From Amphiscolops sp. MND2022 (Eukaryota), in contig OZ076409.1 in assembly GCA_964187785.1 (NCBI GenBank), positions 41,852,001 to 41,916,000 on the forward strand: DNA of 64,000 nucleotides. The letters are read 5' to 3'. Positions 27,686 to 40,606 of this stretch are shown here, piece by piece; the first letter of the stretch is position 1, and each line of letters starts with the position of its first letter. The notes under the pieces are model-generated. The model worked only from the letters and a program-made list of their open reading frames with translations. It made no database searches and had not been told where the DNA came from. Position numbers and translations under genes: made by a program.

Positions 27686-29939
27686 AAGGCTAAAGCTAAA
27701 ACGTATTTTTAATATGCACAATTGTGATTTATAAAAAAATATTACAAATCTCACAGTGCCATAAATACCAAAGGGGGACCATTTGGACTTCAAATAGACT
27801 CTTTCTAACGGGAAACATCACAAAAAGCAAAAAAGAAATCGGTTGATAGAAAATGAAACTTTTAAAAAATAGTCTCGACGTGCTGAAAACTTTGAAGAAG
27901 ATCCTTTGGTTTCATGCAGCTTTGTAGTTCAAGCAGATGTGAAGCATTTTCCAAGAGGTGGATTTTTTGGCCAGTTCATGTGACCTTGAGCAATTCACTT
28001 TGAAACCACAGCTTCAATCCGACCATGCTTGACCACTTGACTGCAAATATGGTACCATAGTAGATTTGCCTATTCTGAGTCTATCCCGCAAAATTGGGGG
28101 AAATTAACTTTCTTCTTCTTCCTCTAATGGTCGGGGCAAATTTCATAAAACGCTGACATTTCTTTTTGCCAAAAATGACGGATCAATGTTAATTCAAACA
28201 AGGGTTGATCCTGTCCGGCTACGAAAACTGACTAGCTTCCCATTGTTTTTCCCGCGCAACTCAATTAAGTGGAACAAAAGAAGACAAAGATGATTGCCTT
28301 CCTGGTTAAAACACAAAATAGATCCGACGGACCCGGAAATTGACAATTCATCACTATTTGTTCGCCCAACAACGTGAACAGATGAGACTAATTTTGACAC
28401 GGAAGCTGAGTGGCCTGCTGGCAAAATCCTTCTCCTTCAATTAGGTCGACCTCCTCGAAAAGAAGAGTCATAAAATTATCAAAAAGCTGTCGGCAATTCA
28501 TACAAATAACAGAGCTTTGATTCAATAGGGTGAAAAATCGAAACAGGATATGAAAAGGGGGCAAATATTGTTTCCTTTGTTTCCAAAAATCGTTTGGAAT
28601 TCGCCACTCATTTTTGAAATTGTTATAAGCAAAATATTCTTAAGGATAGTTATTTTCAGGTATGAGAGTTGACGTGTAGTTTCTTGGCATTATGGTAGAA
28701 GATTGAAAGAAATTATCCTGATTTCATTTTGTGATTTGTTACGTCTGTTATGCGTCACAAGACATTAGTTGTTTCTCTGTGACAACAGATCTCAAAAAAT
28801 GGTGATTATGAGAAATTTCGTGAATTTTTGGGATTTCGCGAAAATTATGTCTGCTGTACACACGTGTGATATGTTGGATAATCTTCTGTGATTTTCGACC
28901 CTGCAGAAGCACGAAGAAAGTTTGACACTAATTATTGGAACACAATGTCTTCGAGAGTTGAATAAAATTTCGGCATTGCAAGCCGGGAAAATCCTGATTC
29001 GAGTCAATTTGATCAAAGAAACTTAAAAGTCGACCTTGAACGTAATGATCAATATAATTATTCGAGGTCGTAAACCTTCACGGTATGTGTAGAAACTCTC
29101 GTTTTAAGGGGTAAAACAAAGAACAGCTTTCAGAGAAATCTAAAGATGGTTCGAAAAAAGGTGGTCTTTTTAGAGTCTTTGGTTATCGCTTTGTCTTTTC
29201 ATTCTCTCGGCTGTTTGAATCGAAACAGTCCACTTCTTTTGGTGAATATTTCAATTATTCAATAATCCAGGCAAAGAAAATATTCATCTAAAAATCGCAG
29301 CAAACGGACATGCAATAATCTCTATTTCTTCAGATTCCAAATGCACTGAATAGCTGGCGACAGACGCGAATACAATTTCAATTCGGATGCAAATCTGTTC
29401 GAACGATATCTTGTGGGTAACACTTTCCTTGTGTTCAACCTACTAAGATTGTCTTACATCTGTACGCAACCGTCATTAGTAACAAGGCTGTCAACCTCTC
29501 CTGTGTATCGTTAGACCCGCCCGCGGCAATTGAGTTTTCATATTCAAAAAATTTACAATTACGTTGCTACAACATTCGTTTGTTCATATTCACAATGGTT
29601 TGTCCCTAAACTTCAAAGATACTATTTGGACAATCAAATTTTGGGTTTACATTCAGTTACTTTCAAATTTTCTTTCCTTGTAATGAGCTGTTTCGTTAAC
29701 ATGTGACCCTGTTAGCTGAATATTCTTCACTGTCTGGTACAAGGAGTTCCTAGACTTGACTTCAATTTAAATCTGTTAAAACCCGCAGTGTTCCGGAGAT
29801 TGGGATGCTCACGGCCGCTCCGTAACTTTCGCTAGCATGGTTCAACACGCTCCGCAAGTGTAAGACTAGGAATACCACGAAAGGAATGCGCTCTGCTGTA
29901 TGTCACGAATCTTCACAATCAAGTAAAATGCATGGGTTA

Positions 29940-30300
29940 TTAGTCGGCGCTTTCGTAGAAAGAACAGACTACAGTAACGACTTTTCTTTTTTACCATAAA
30001 CCAACGAACTGAGATTTTCTAAAATTTTATAAGCTGTGACTTACTAACTTATAACTTGAATACAGTTTAGGGAGAATCAAGCGGTCGCGGGTTCGAGTCC
30101 CTGCTGCAGCCAGAAACTGTTTCGTGCATCTGCAAAACGTGACGAGAATAAAGAGTCCTCCTTTTGAGTTTGTCGGCTTTGTGAGACTTTCTTTGAAAAT
30201 TCGTAAATGTCTCCTAAAGGTGTCCTGTTGCATAATTGAAAGATTTTACTTTTTTGAACCTTGAGGGGGGCGTCGACTTGGGCCATTCTCGGCTTGATTT
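29940..30300 (-). mobile_element. Helentron-like element with tRNA-derived segment
   Basis: TAGTCGGCGCTTTCGTAGAAA terminus, CGACTTGGGCCATTCTCGGCTTG start, internal GGGTTCGAGTCCC B-box. Confidence 0.65.
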
Positions 30301-30574
30301 GGAATTGCAGTCAGTTCACATTTTTCGCGAAAAAAAATCCCTTTTTTCGGAGTGCGCTATGAAACGACCTTCATAATCGCATATGACCTTGAAGATAACA
30401 TATATCTTTTTTGGGTTTTACCTCCAGAGTTATGTGATTAATTGTTGCCGAAAAAATGATAAACTCCTAATGACAAAATCAATAGTGACGCCACTTGAAG
30501 CCGTGAGTAACTCAAGCAACCGGACATGTCTTGCGTCTGGTCGGTATGTTTCTTAGAGCTAATATTTTGACTAT

Positions 30575-30740
30575 TGTAAAGGCTGATTCTAGTAGCTATT
30601 GCGTTCGAGCCGTCGGCCTGTCCCTGGAATAATTTCAACTTGTGCCCGAAAACTTTACAAATCCGTGATGAAAACTGAATATTTCAACATCTGAAGACAC
30701 TGCCAATTTTCCGTTCTAATATGGTTATACAACATTTCAG
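30575..30740 (-). repeat. Partial 3' LTR of BEL element 2
   Basis: TGTAAAGGCT...CAATTTTCCGTTCTAATATGGTTATACA shared with 39718-39909. Confidence 0.75.
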
Positions 30741-33526
30741 GTACATCGACTAATCAACTAATGTAGAAGCAATATAGAGAAAACAATATGGAAGCAAATA
30801 TTAATGCGTAAATGTGAGAGTACATATTTTGACTTATGTACTGGTAAGTAGCAAGACTCGGCCGGCCCAATGTAAAATGATGAGGTGTCAAAGCCCCCAT
30901 GTTGGAAAGATCACTAGAGTTAGGCGTGAGCGGGCGAGAATTTAGCAGTTGCTCAGTGAGACAAAGAATTGTCGCTAAAAGCTCGTCAGTGCGCCTTTGA
31001 CCATTGAGAACGCAGTATATGGCCTGTTTGCATGTCTTCACCATTCAATCCCAAGAACTTCCGAAATGGGTCATTGCTGCATGGTTGAATATCCAAAAGA
31101 TCTTCTTTTGACGCAGTGTTTCTTGGAAGTCGCAATTTTGCGACATTGATGCAAACTGCTTCAGCTCGTTGTTCGCATCAACGAAGTTTGTCCCATTATC
31201 GCTCGAAATGGTCGATGGATGACCTCGTCTGGCTATAAATTGTGTAACGGCATTCAAACAGGAGTCAGTGCCTAGCAAATACATCACTTCAAGGTGTATG
31301 GCTCTTGTAGACAGGCAGGTGAAGACACACATTTTCAAAGTTTTTCTCATTTATTTCACCTCTATGGGTCCAAACCAATCGATTCCAACATAAATAAAAA
31401 GAATTCAACATTCTCTACCCTTTCTTTTGGTCGGTCAGCCATAATTGGAGGTTAGACAGTGGCACAGTGTTTCCTACATGGAACGCAGCGACTTCTGATG
31501 TTACGCAAGGCTTTCTGAGGCCCAACATCCAGAATTTCTGTTCCAAGCCAAGTCGCATACATTCAACGCCTTGTTAATTATTGTCCAAATAGAATTTCAG
31601 CATCATCAGCCGTGTTGCCGGGTGTTTGAATGGTAGGAGGACTGTGTCTTTAGTATCAAATTCGAAATCAGCTTTGGATAAGTGCCCACGTGCTCCTATA
31701 ATACAACGATGGTCGATAAACGGGCAAAGTTGTGCAATGTTTGATTTGGAAGACAACACTTTTCTATTGAATATTGCTCCATATTCAGTCAGGAATGCTT
31801 CCTTCCGAATAAATTTGAAAATTATTCGTTCTGCATAGAGATATTCGTCCAATGAAACTTTTCCTCTAACTTGATTGAGTCGTCTCCAGCGCAAAATGTA
31901 GCAAATAATGTGGATTGAATTAGTCCAAGAGCTAAATTGATCTCATTGTATCCTTAGTTGCTTTTTCAGCGAAAGAAAAACTACTTGAGGGGTTTCTAAT
32001 GCAACTTCCGCAATATTGCACGCAGCATTAGCTTTTCGCCAGTGAGCTTCGTTCACACCACGACGGCCCTTTTATTCACACACTTGATGCAATTTCGTTG
32101 GCTCTCATTCTTCGTGTGCCACGATCTGCTGGGTTTTGAGCGCTAGGGATATGATTCATTTCACCCAAATAATTTTTTTCGAAGTTTCTCCAATATCATT
32201 CGCAACAAAACTTCGTGGCCTCTTTTCAAATGCATTCAGCTATTGTATCACAGTTGATGATTCGCTCCACATGAATACCGGATCTATTGTAAAATCATGT
32301 TCTTTAAGGATGGATACTTTTATCTGTGTCGCATGAATGGCTGCTGGAAATTCCAGTTTTGGAATTGTGGTAGTTTTTACAGGAGCAACTCTTGTTTCCC
32401 CAAAACGAAACAAACTTAGAATTTGTCACTTATATCAAACCTCAAGTAAACGACGACACAAAGTCCCATTTTTGGGCATCAGCGAAATGTGTAATTATAC
32501 AATTTTGCCACGCTGCCAGTCATAAAATTTGTCTATGAAAAGGTCCTTCAGTGCTGGAGTTTCTTGTAGCTAGTCAACATATCGTTTTGCAAAATCTTGC
32601 GGAATTGCTTCATCCCAAGGTTTTAAATTCTTTTGCCAAAAAACTCGTAGAAGAAGCCGAATTCTAAGTGTGAATAGTGATGCTAATTTCAATGGATCCA
32701 ATATTGACGACGTACGTTACCGACAGAACTACTCTGTGAGTAATAACTGATAGTTCTTTACCAGGCAAACCCACGGCATAATTTGAGGTCATCTGCGATA
32801 ATGTTCCATTCCAATCCCAAAGCAAGATCTTTCTCAGCATCACTCTCCTTCCCACACAAATAATGAACGTTTGATTGCCGTTTGGAAATCTTGAAACCTC
32901 CTTTTCGTAGCAGAGAGATGAGATTTCGTTTCAAAAATTCAGCTTCCTGGATATTTTCGGCAGAAATACAAGTCGTCCATATAGAAATTTCGTTTCACAA
33001 TTCTAGACGCGACCTGGAAAACTTTTCATTGTCTGAGGCTGTACGTTGAATAGAAAAATTTGCACATGTTGGCAAGACGTTTCTCAAATATGTGCTTTGT
33101 GTCGTCATACGTGGATTTGTTGATCGATTGATTTTATCGCCAAACAAAACAAAGGCAATTAGCATGTTCTGTTGGGACTTGTATGCAAGAACATTGCTTC
33201 TATGTCTGCGCTCATGCCAAACGGTTTCTCACGGAACCAAACAATTCTCCCCACACGGTTCTGCAAAAATTCTGGACCAATGCAGAGTCTTTTGTTCAGG
33301 GATTGTCCCTCGAATTCGCTCGCCGCATTGCAGTCGCGCCTCACTTTTCCAGGTTTGTTCGGGTTAATTACTGGGTGATGGGGTAAAAACAACTGAGGAT
33401 CTTTTTCTGTCTCTTTTCGGTCAGGATCAGATGGTTCAAGTATCCGAAAATAACCCGGTTTTCGAGTGACAAGAACTGCTTAACTGGACATCGATAGTTG
33501 TTTGGAAGACTGGAATGAGGAAAAGT

Positions 33527-36500
33527 CCACAACATTCCCACAGTGTACCTCTCTTTTTCAAAATGCGTTGTCTTCTCCAAAGTATCAAGTGGTTTAACAA
33601 CTGATCTGGATCGCCCGTCAACTTCCACTCGTGAACCATAACTTTCGTTGTCCCACCATGTCTTGATTTGTTCGTTCAAGTCGAAATCTGCAGGTTGGTA
33701 AACTGAACTATGACGACAGAATGATGTCAGTGACGACAGAATCTTTTTTGGCAGTCCACCCCATAGGACATCGAACAGCCAAGGGTTCACCTTGGTCACC
33801 GCGTTGATATACTGAGCGTCGAGTCAATGAGAAGCAACCTATTCCCAGGAGTGCTTTGACATCTTTCGGATTAAACTTGTTGGTCGAATACTTGATCAGT
33901 TGTGGGTATTGACTCTGCAATAGTCGAATATCATAGAAACTGTCGTTGATGACAAAATTTTGATGAATAGCCATATGGATATCTTAGTTTCCGTAGTCTT
34001 CCGAATGAAACGTGACTTTGACAAACTCACTGTCGTGGCATTCATTACTTTGTATTCCACTAACAGTCAGACCACGTTTGACTCGCTACAGCCTTACAGA
34101 ATCAGTTGATCGGCTGATGACTTATCAATCCATGACACACCAGACCCATTAACGACTGATGCAAGGATCTTCACTTTTTTCCCGTTGTTTGATAGGTAGA
34201 ATGCCAAAAGTGTTCACACTTACACTAACATGGGTCTCTTTAGTCTCCGTTGACGTTGTGTTAGAGATTTTGTTCCTTTTCTGGTCGGTGCAACAATCTG
34301 TTGTGACGCCTTTTGCAGCCGTTTATTCCACAGTCTTCCATTTTGCAATCCTTGACAGCATGTCCTTCGCGGAAACATAGGAAGCGCTCTTTGTTCTGCT
34401 TCACTTTTTTATACCGGTCGAAAGTAGCAAGTTTCTTCAATGCGTCACAAGTTCAAAATTCATGGGCATTGCCGAAGACACCGCATTTAATCGGAGCCTT
34501 AGGGCTAGCATTGAATGTAGGCAACCCACTCTAATTGGTGGTCGCCGACATGGATGATCGTGCTGTTGTTGCTCGGTCAGTCGACGTGGACTGCTTCTTG
34601 TCGCTGCTTTGTTTGAATTGAACCAGCAGTTCATCAAAACAAAAGCAACGTTGATCAACCACCCACAAACTCTACTCAACTTTGCAGTTTGATATTTCTA
34701 TCCTTTTGCAAAGGACAGTCATTTCGTTTTCAACCCTGGAGGTAGTTTTCTCACAGCGCTATTCAATAGAGACTATGAGCAAAAATCTTCTGTAAAACCG
34801 CACTGATTCAAGACACTACCACCCGTTGTTATGAACTGGGCATATTCAATGATAGCCGGTGAGTCATGAAATTTGTTGAAAAGGTAAGAGTGTATAAGTT
34901 TCATTAGAGCATTAACCACTGTTGCGGACTAACGTGTACCAAGCAGTGTGATTTAACGCCCCAGAGTTACCAAGACCTGCACATGCGGCTTTGGCATTGC
35001 CTTTGACCAACGTCTTTAAATGGCACGTTTTGGCATTGTCCTCGATTTGCGCATCGTGAATGAGTGCATTAAAGATATTGGACCATCCCAGAGGATCAAA
35101 TTCAGTTATCTTCAATTTTGGTAGACCAAAAAAATGTCCAATTGGGGAGGACAGCTTGGTAAATTGGCGTTGTGTCGAGACGTGACACCCTGTTGGGTTT
35201 TGCGCTGGCAGATTGTTCATAATGTTGGAACTTTTCGGCTTCTATCACTTCCGTCAATAATCCTTCTGCCTTTGCGCTCGGTTGAAAGATCCGCTCTCAA
35301 TTACCTTCCGTGGTTGTCCCCTACTTCGTGCAGTCACTGGTACTGGATCGCTTGAGATAACAGTGTTTCTTTCTGCAGTTTCCACAACATTCTGCGAAAT
35401 TTACTTTTAAATCTCCAGGAAGTCTGTTTTGATCTAACCAGCTTTTGATGTAGCTGTTTTCGTCGTCATCAAATGATAATGACATCACCCTGGGACTGAC
35501 AGTCGACCCATGACATGAGCCTTGTGCTACTTCAATTTGAAAACTCGTTCCATGCATTTTAATGGATGTCTGATCATGTAAATCTGCCAGCTCGCATGCT
35601 TCATTTGAACAAACGGAACAATGCTGAACTTGCATTGCTTCTTTTTCCATTTCCCGCTGCTTGCGTTGTAGCTCGAGTTCTTTTTCTTTTCTCTCAAACG
35701 CCATTCGTGAATCTTCTTCCAAAAATTTCGCTCGACTCTCAAGTCGACGAAGTTCACTTAGTCGTGAAGATCGAAGTCGGGTGTTGGAATGTTGATACTT
35801 GAAGGCTCACTGGCTACATTTTCCATTGTTGATGGAAAGTTGCTAGTGGATTGCTTCAGCTCATGACTCACGTCTGCTGGAGCATTGAACTTCGTAGAGC
35901 CTTCCTCGTACTTTGTTGACACGTCCCGTGAAAATGTGTCGTTGAGACTCTTCAAAAGTTTCAAGCGCTGGTTCATTTTCTCGGCAGCATATTCTTTGCG
36001 TTTGCCATGATCTGTTTTAGCAGCATTATTCGAAAGATCCTGAGCTTCCGAACAATCGTCGGCTACTTTTGCATTGTCAGCCTCAGGTTACACTGACTGG
36101 AAATACATTTCTCTGCTCTCTCGATCTTCATAGCCAATGCGTTCAATTGTTGCTTTCTGAAGTCCTCAGTGTACATTCCCACAACATTCCCACAGTGTAC
36201 CTCTCTTTTTCAAAATGCGTTGTCTTCTCCAAAGTATCAAGTGCTTTAACATCTGATCTGGATAGCCCGTCAACTTCCACTCGTGAACCATAACTTTCGT
36301 TGTCCCACCATGTCTTGATTTGTTCGTTCAAGTCGAAATCTGCAGGTTGGTAAACTGAACTATGACGACAGAATGATGTCAGTGACGACAGAATCTTTTT
36401 TGGCAGTCCACCCCATAGGACATCGAACAGCCAAGGGTTCACCTTGGTCACCGCGTTGATATACTGAGCGTCGAGTCAATGAGAAGCAACCTATTCCCAG

Positions 36501-38806
36501 GAGTGCTTTGACATCTTTCGGATTAAACTTGTTGGTCGAATACTTGATCAGTTGTGGGTATTGACTCTGCAATCGTCGAATATCATAGAAACTGTCGTCG
36601 ATGACAAAATTTTGATGAATAGCCATATGGATATCTTCGTTTCCGTAGTCTTCCGAATGAAACGTGACTTTGACAAACTCACTGTCGTGGCATTCATTAC
36701 TTTGTATTCCACTAACAGTCAGACCACGTTTGACTCGCTACAGCCTTACAGAATCAGTTGATCGGCTGATGACTTATCAATCCATGACACACCAGACCCA
36801 TTAACGACTGATGCAAGGATCTTCACTTTTTTCCCGTTGTTTGATAGGTAGAATGCCAAAAGTGTTCACACTTACACTAACATGGGTCTCTACAGTCTCC
36901 GTTGACGTTGTGTTAGAGATTTTGTTCCTTTTTCTGGTCGGTGCAACAATCTGTTGTGACGCCTTTTGCAGCCGTTTATTCCACAGTCTTTCATTTTGCA
37001 ATCCTTGACAGCATGTCCTTCGCGGAAACATAGGAAGCGCTCTTTGTTCTGCTTCACTTTTTTATACCGGTCGAAAGTAGCAAGTTTCTTCAATGCGTCA
37101 CAAGCTCAAAATTCATGGGCATTGCCGCAGACAGCGCATTTAATCGGAGCCTTAGGGCTAGCATTGAATGTAGGCAACCCACTCTAATTGGTGGTCGCCG
37201 ACATGGATGATCGTGCTGTTGTTGCTCGGTCAGTCGACGTGGACTGCTTCTTGTCGCTGCTTTGTTTGAATTGAACCAGCAGTTCATCAAAACAAAAGCA
37301 ACGTTGATCAACCACCCACAAACTCTACTCAACTTTGCAGTTTGATATTTCTATCCTTTTGCAAAGGACAGTCATTTCGTTTTCAACCCTGGAGGTAGTT
37401 TTCTCACAGCGCTATTCAATAGAGACTATGAGCAAAAATCTTCTGTAAAACCGCACTGATTCAAGACACTACCACCCGTTGTTATGAACTGGGCATATTC
37501 AATGATAGCCGGTGAGTCATGAAATTTGTTGAAAAGGTAAGAGTGTATAAGTTTCATTAGAGCATTAACCACTGTTGCGGACTAACGTGTACCAAGCAGT
37601 GTGATTTAACGCCCCAGAGTTACCAAGACCTGCACATGCGGCTTTGGCATTGCCTTTGACCAACGTCTTTAAATGGCACGTTTTGGCATTGTCCTCGATT
37701 TGCGCATCGTGAATGAGTGCATTAAAGATATTGGACCATCCCAGAGGATCAAATTCAGTTATCTTCAATTTTGGTAGACCAAAAAAATGTCCAATTGGGG
37801 AGGACAGCTTGGTAAATTGGCGTTGTGTCGAGACGTGACACCCTGTTGGGTTTTGCGCTGGCAGATTGTTCATAATGTTGGAACTTTTCGGCTTCTATCA
37901 CTTCCGTCAATAATCCTTCTGCCTTTGCGCTCGGTTGAAAGATCCGCTCTCAATTACCTTCCGTGGTTGTCCCCTACTTCGTGCAGTCACTGGTACTGGA
38001 TCGCTTGAGATAACAGTGTTTCTTTCTGCAGTTTCCACAACATTCTGCGAAATTTACTTTTAAATCTCCAGGACGTCTGTTTTGATCTAACCAGCTTTTG
38101 ATGTAGCTGTTTTCGTCGTCATCAAATGATAATGACATCACCCTGGGACTGACAGTCGACCCATGACATGAGCCTTGTGCTACTCGTTCCATGCATTTTA
38201 ATGGATGTCTGATCATGTAAATCAGCCAGCTCGCATGCTTCATTTGAACAAACTGAACAATGCTGAACTTGCATTGCTTCTTTTTCCATTTCCCGCTGCT
38301 TGCGTTGTAGCTCGAGTTCTTTTTCTTTTCTCTCAAATGCCATTCGTGAATCTTCTTCCAAAAATTTCGCTCGACTCTCAAGTCGACGAAGTTCACTTAG
38401 TCGTGAAGATCGAAGTCTGGTGTTGGAATGTTGATACTTGAAGGCTCACTGGCTACATTTTCCATTTTTGATGGAAAGTTGCTAGTGGATTGCTTCAGCT
38501 CATGACTCAGGTCTGCTGGAGCATTGAACTTCGTAGAGCCTTCCTCGTACTTTGTTGACTCGTCCCGTGAAAATGTGTCGTTGAGACTCTTCAAAAGTTT
38601 CAAGCGCTGGTTCATTTTCTCGGCAGCATATTCTTTGCGTTTGCCATGATCTGTTTTAGCAGCATTATTCGAAAGATCCTGAGCTTCCGAACAATCGTCG
38701 GCTACTTTTGCATTGTCAGCCTCAGGTTACACTGACTGGAAATACATTTCTCTGCTCTCTCGATCTTCATAGCCAATGCGTTCAATTGTTGCTTTCTGAA
38801 GTCCTC
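33527..38806. repeat. 2.6-kb tandem duplication inside BEL element 2
   Basis: 33527-36167 and 36179-38806 are nearly identical (scattered substitutions, one 14-bp indel); 11-bp filler at the junction. Confidence 0.97.
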
Positions 38807-39698
38807 TCTCAACTTCAAAGAAAATCGTTTTGATTGACAATGGCAAATTCCGGACTCACCAGGACTTGTTGCTTGTTCAACGCTTTGTCTATTGCGTCTT
38901 TCATCTCTCGGACTGTTGGTAAAGCTGGTTTAACCTCAGTTGATCTAGCATCCTGTCAAATAATCCGTCTTAACTATTTCATCTTGAATCTTGACACGCG
39001 CGTCACTAATTTGGTCAGATAAATTACAGTAGCATGGAAACTGACCTTTATCCTTCAAATGATTGAAATGATGAACTGTTTAACATCTTTTCAGTTTGCT
39101 GAACTTTGTTGAGCATTCCTTGTAAAGTTTTTTTAAAACTCGTTTGACAATGCAAGACCCAGTGACGCTCTGACTGATACGTGTCTTTGAGCAAGCGAAT
39201 GCAACTGTCGTATTCGTTTTTTTATTCTTTCAATGGAATTGCTATAATCTTGATAAAGACTACCCAATTCGTAAATCTTGGGATCGTATTCTTTTCCTTT
39301 AGCTTTCAGTTCCTCGAACTTCGAAACTGTCGGTGTTATGGCATCAATTGTCTTAGCAACTCGCATTTCGTGTTGACTCAATTCTGCAGAAATGGATGAA
39401 TTCTTCAGGGCGTCCAAAAATAACAACCTGTGTTGTTCCGCCTTTCCTTACTGTCAGTAACTTCGTGTCGGTTACGTCAAATTCCGGCATCTTCGTACAG
39501 TAACTTCTGCTAAATTTCCAGCTATGTAGTTACTTGGTCAACCCGACGGACAATGAATCAGGTCCTCTGTGACGTGAATGCAATGTCCAATTAAATAAGA
39601 CTTTTGATCTTTTATAAGATAGGAGCAAACCAGTTGAGTATTTGCCAATCTACCAAAGATAGGAATTGAAGAACAGAAGTTAAAGATCCAGAATAAAA

Positions 39699-39714
39699 CC
39701 GGGTCGCAGCACTA
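39699..39714 (-). promoter_or_regulatory. Degenerate BEL primer binding site (tRNA-His-like)
   Basis: Minus strand TAGTGCTGCGACCCGG a few bases after the LTR end. Confidence 0.6.
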
Positions 39715-39717
39715 AAA

Positions 39718-40148
39718 TGTAAAGGCTAATTTTAGTAGCTAATGCGTTGGAACAGTCGGGCTGTCTCTTGAATTATTTCAACGTGCAAAAATTTGTAAAG
39801 TTTTCGAAGACTTTACGAATCGGTGATGAAAATTTGATCTTTCAACTTCTGAAGACACTCACAACTTGCTTTCAAGAAGTCAATTTTCCGTTCTAATATG
39901 GTTATACATAATTGCAGATTAAACGCAAACAAATATGAGGGCTAAAGAACGTTTAACAGCAAATGGAGGGTAATATTTGCCAGAAGAGATATTTTGATCG
40001 AAAAGTCCTAAAACTCCCATTAAAGTTTGGCTCAAAAAAGGGATCATGGCTGTTTTTTGGTTGATTCTTTCATTGGGGCCAGCGTTATGGTTCTGCAAAG
40101 TCACCCAATTTGAGGTTTTTTTTTCTGTTCTGGTTTTCAGGCCTTTAT
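39718..40148 (-). repeat. BEL LTR flanked by a PBS on one side and an integrase C-terminus on the other
   Basis: Ends ...TTTACA (minus) at 39718; the start near 40148 is approximate. Confidence 0.65.
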
Positions 40149-40606
40149 GTCACCGGCTATGGTTCTCTTGGGGAGGAACGCACCCAATGTCGTCCAACAC
40201 AGGGGACAACTTGACTGTATGTCGAGAATCAACTGCAGATTGGGTTAGGATGTCGCAAGATAGAATATTGCCAATATTACCAAAATGACACTTTTTGACT
40301 CTACCAAGCCGGTAAAAACCCTCTTTTTCACGATGGTCGATAATCCACACCAGATCATTTGCGAACAATCCTTTTACCATTTCTGGCGAATATTATGCAC
40401 TGGAAGATACTCTTCGAGCCATCTTGACCAAATGTTGTCCATTTGACCTTGAGCCACTCGGAACATCTGTGATTCTGTACATTTGCGCATCAGGCAAACA
40501 AGGAATAGCAGAACTCGGCCAGCAAAATATAAAACGAAGGGTAACAAAGCCTCCATGTGGAAGGGATCACTGAAGTTAGGCGTGAGCGGGCGAGATTTTA
40601 GCAGTT
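40149..40606 (-). pseudogene. 3' end of a BEL integrase (C-terminal WxRWxxEYL domain) from the same family
   Basis: IWSRWLEEYLP, DLVWII..YRLGRV, VKLSPV; 40560-40605 matches 30905-30950. Confidence 0.85.

Larger units (their letters stand above)
30575..40148 (-). mobile_element. Decayed BEL/Pao LTR retrotransposon (element 2)
   Basis: Pao motifs FLPHHPVINPNKPGKVR, ADIEAMF, FTCLSTRAIHLE, SDNGTNF, LNSRPL, CFREGHAVKDC; LTR homology 30575-30740 vs 39718-39915. Confidence 0.9.

Noticed and set aside
30071..30112. tRNA gene
   Set aside because: Only a T-arm and 3' end are visible, with no A-box or cloverleaf; it sits inside a repeat. The same applies to 48009-48053.
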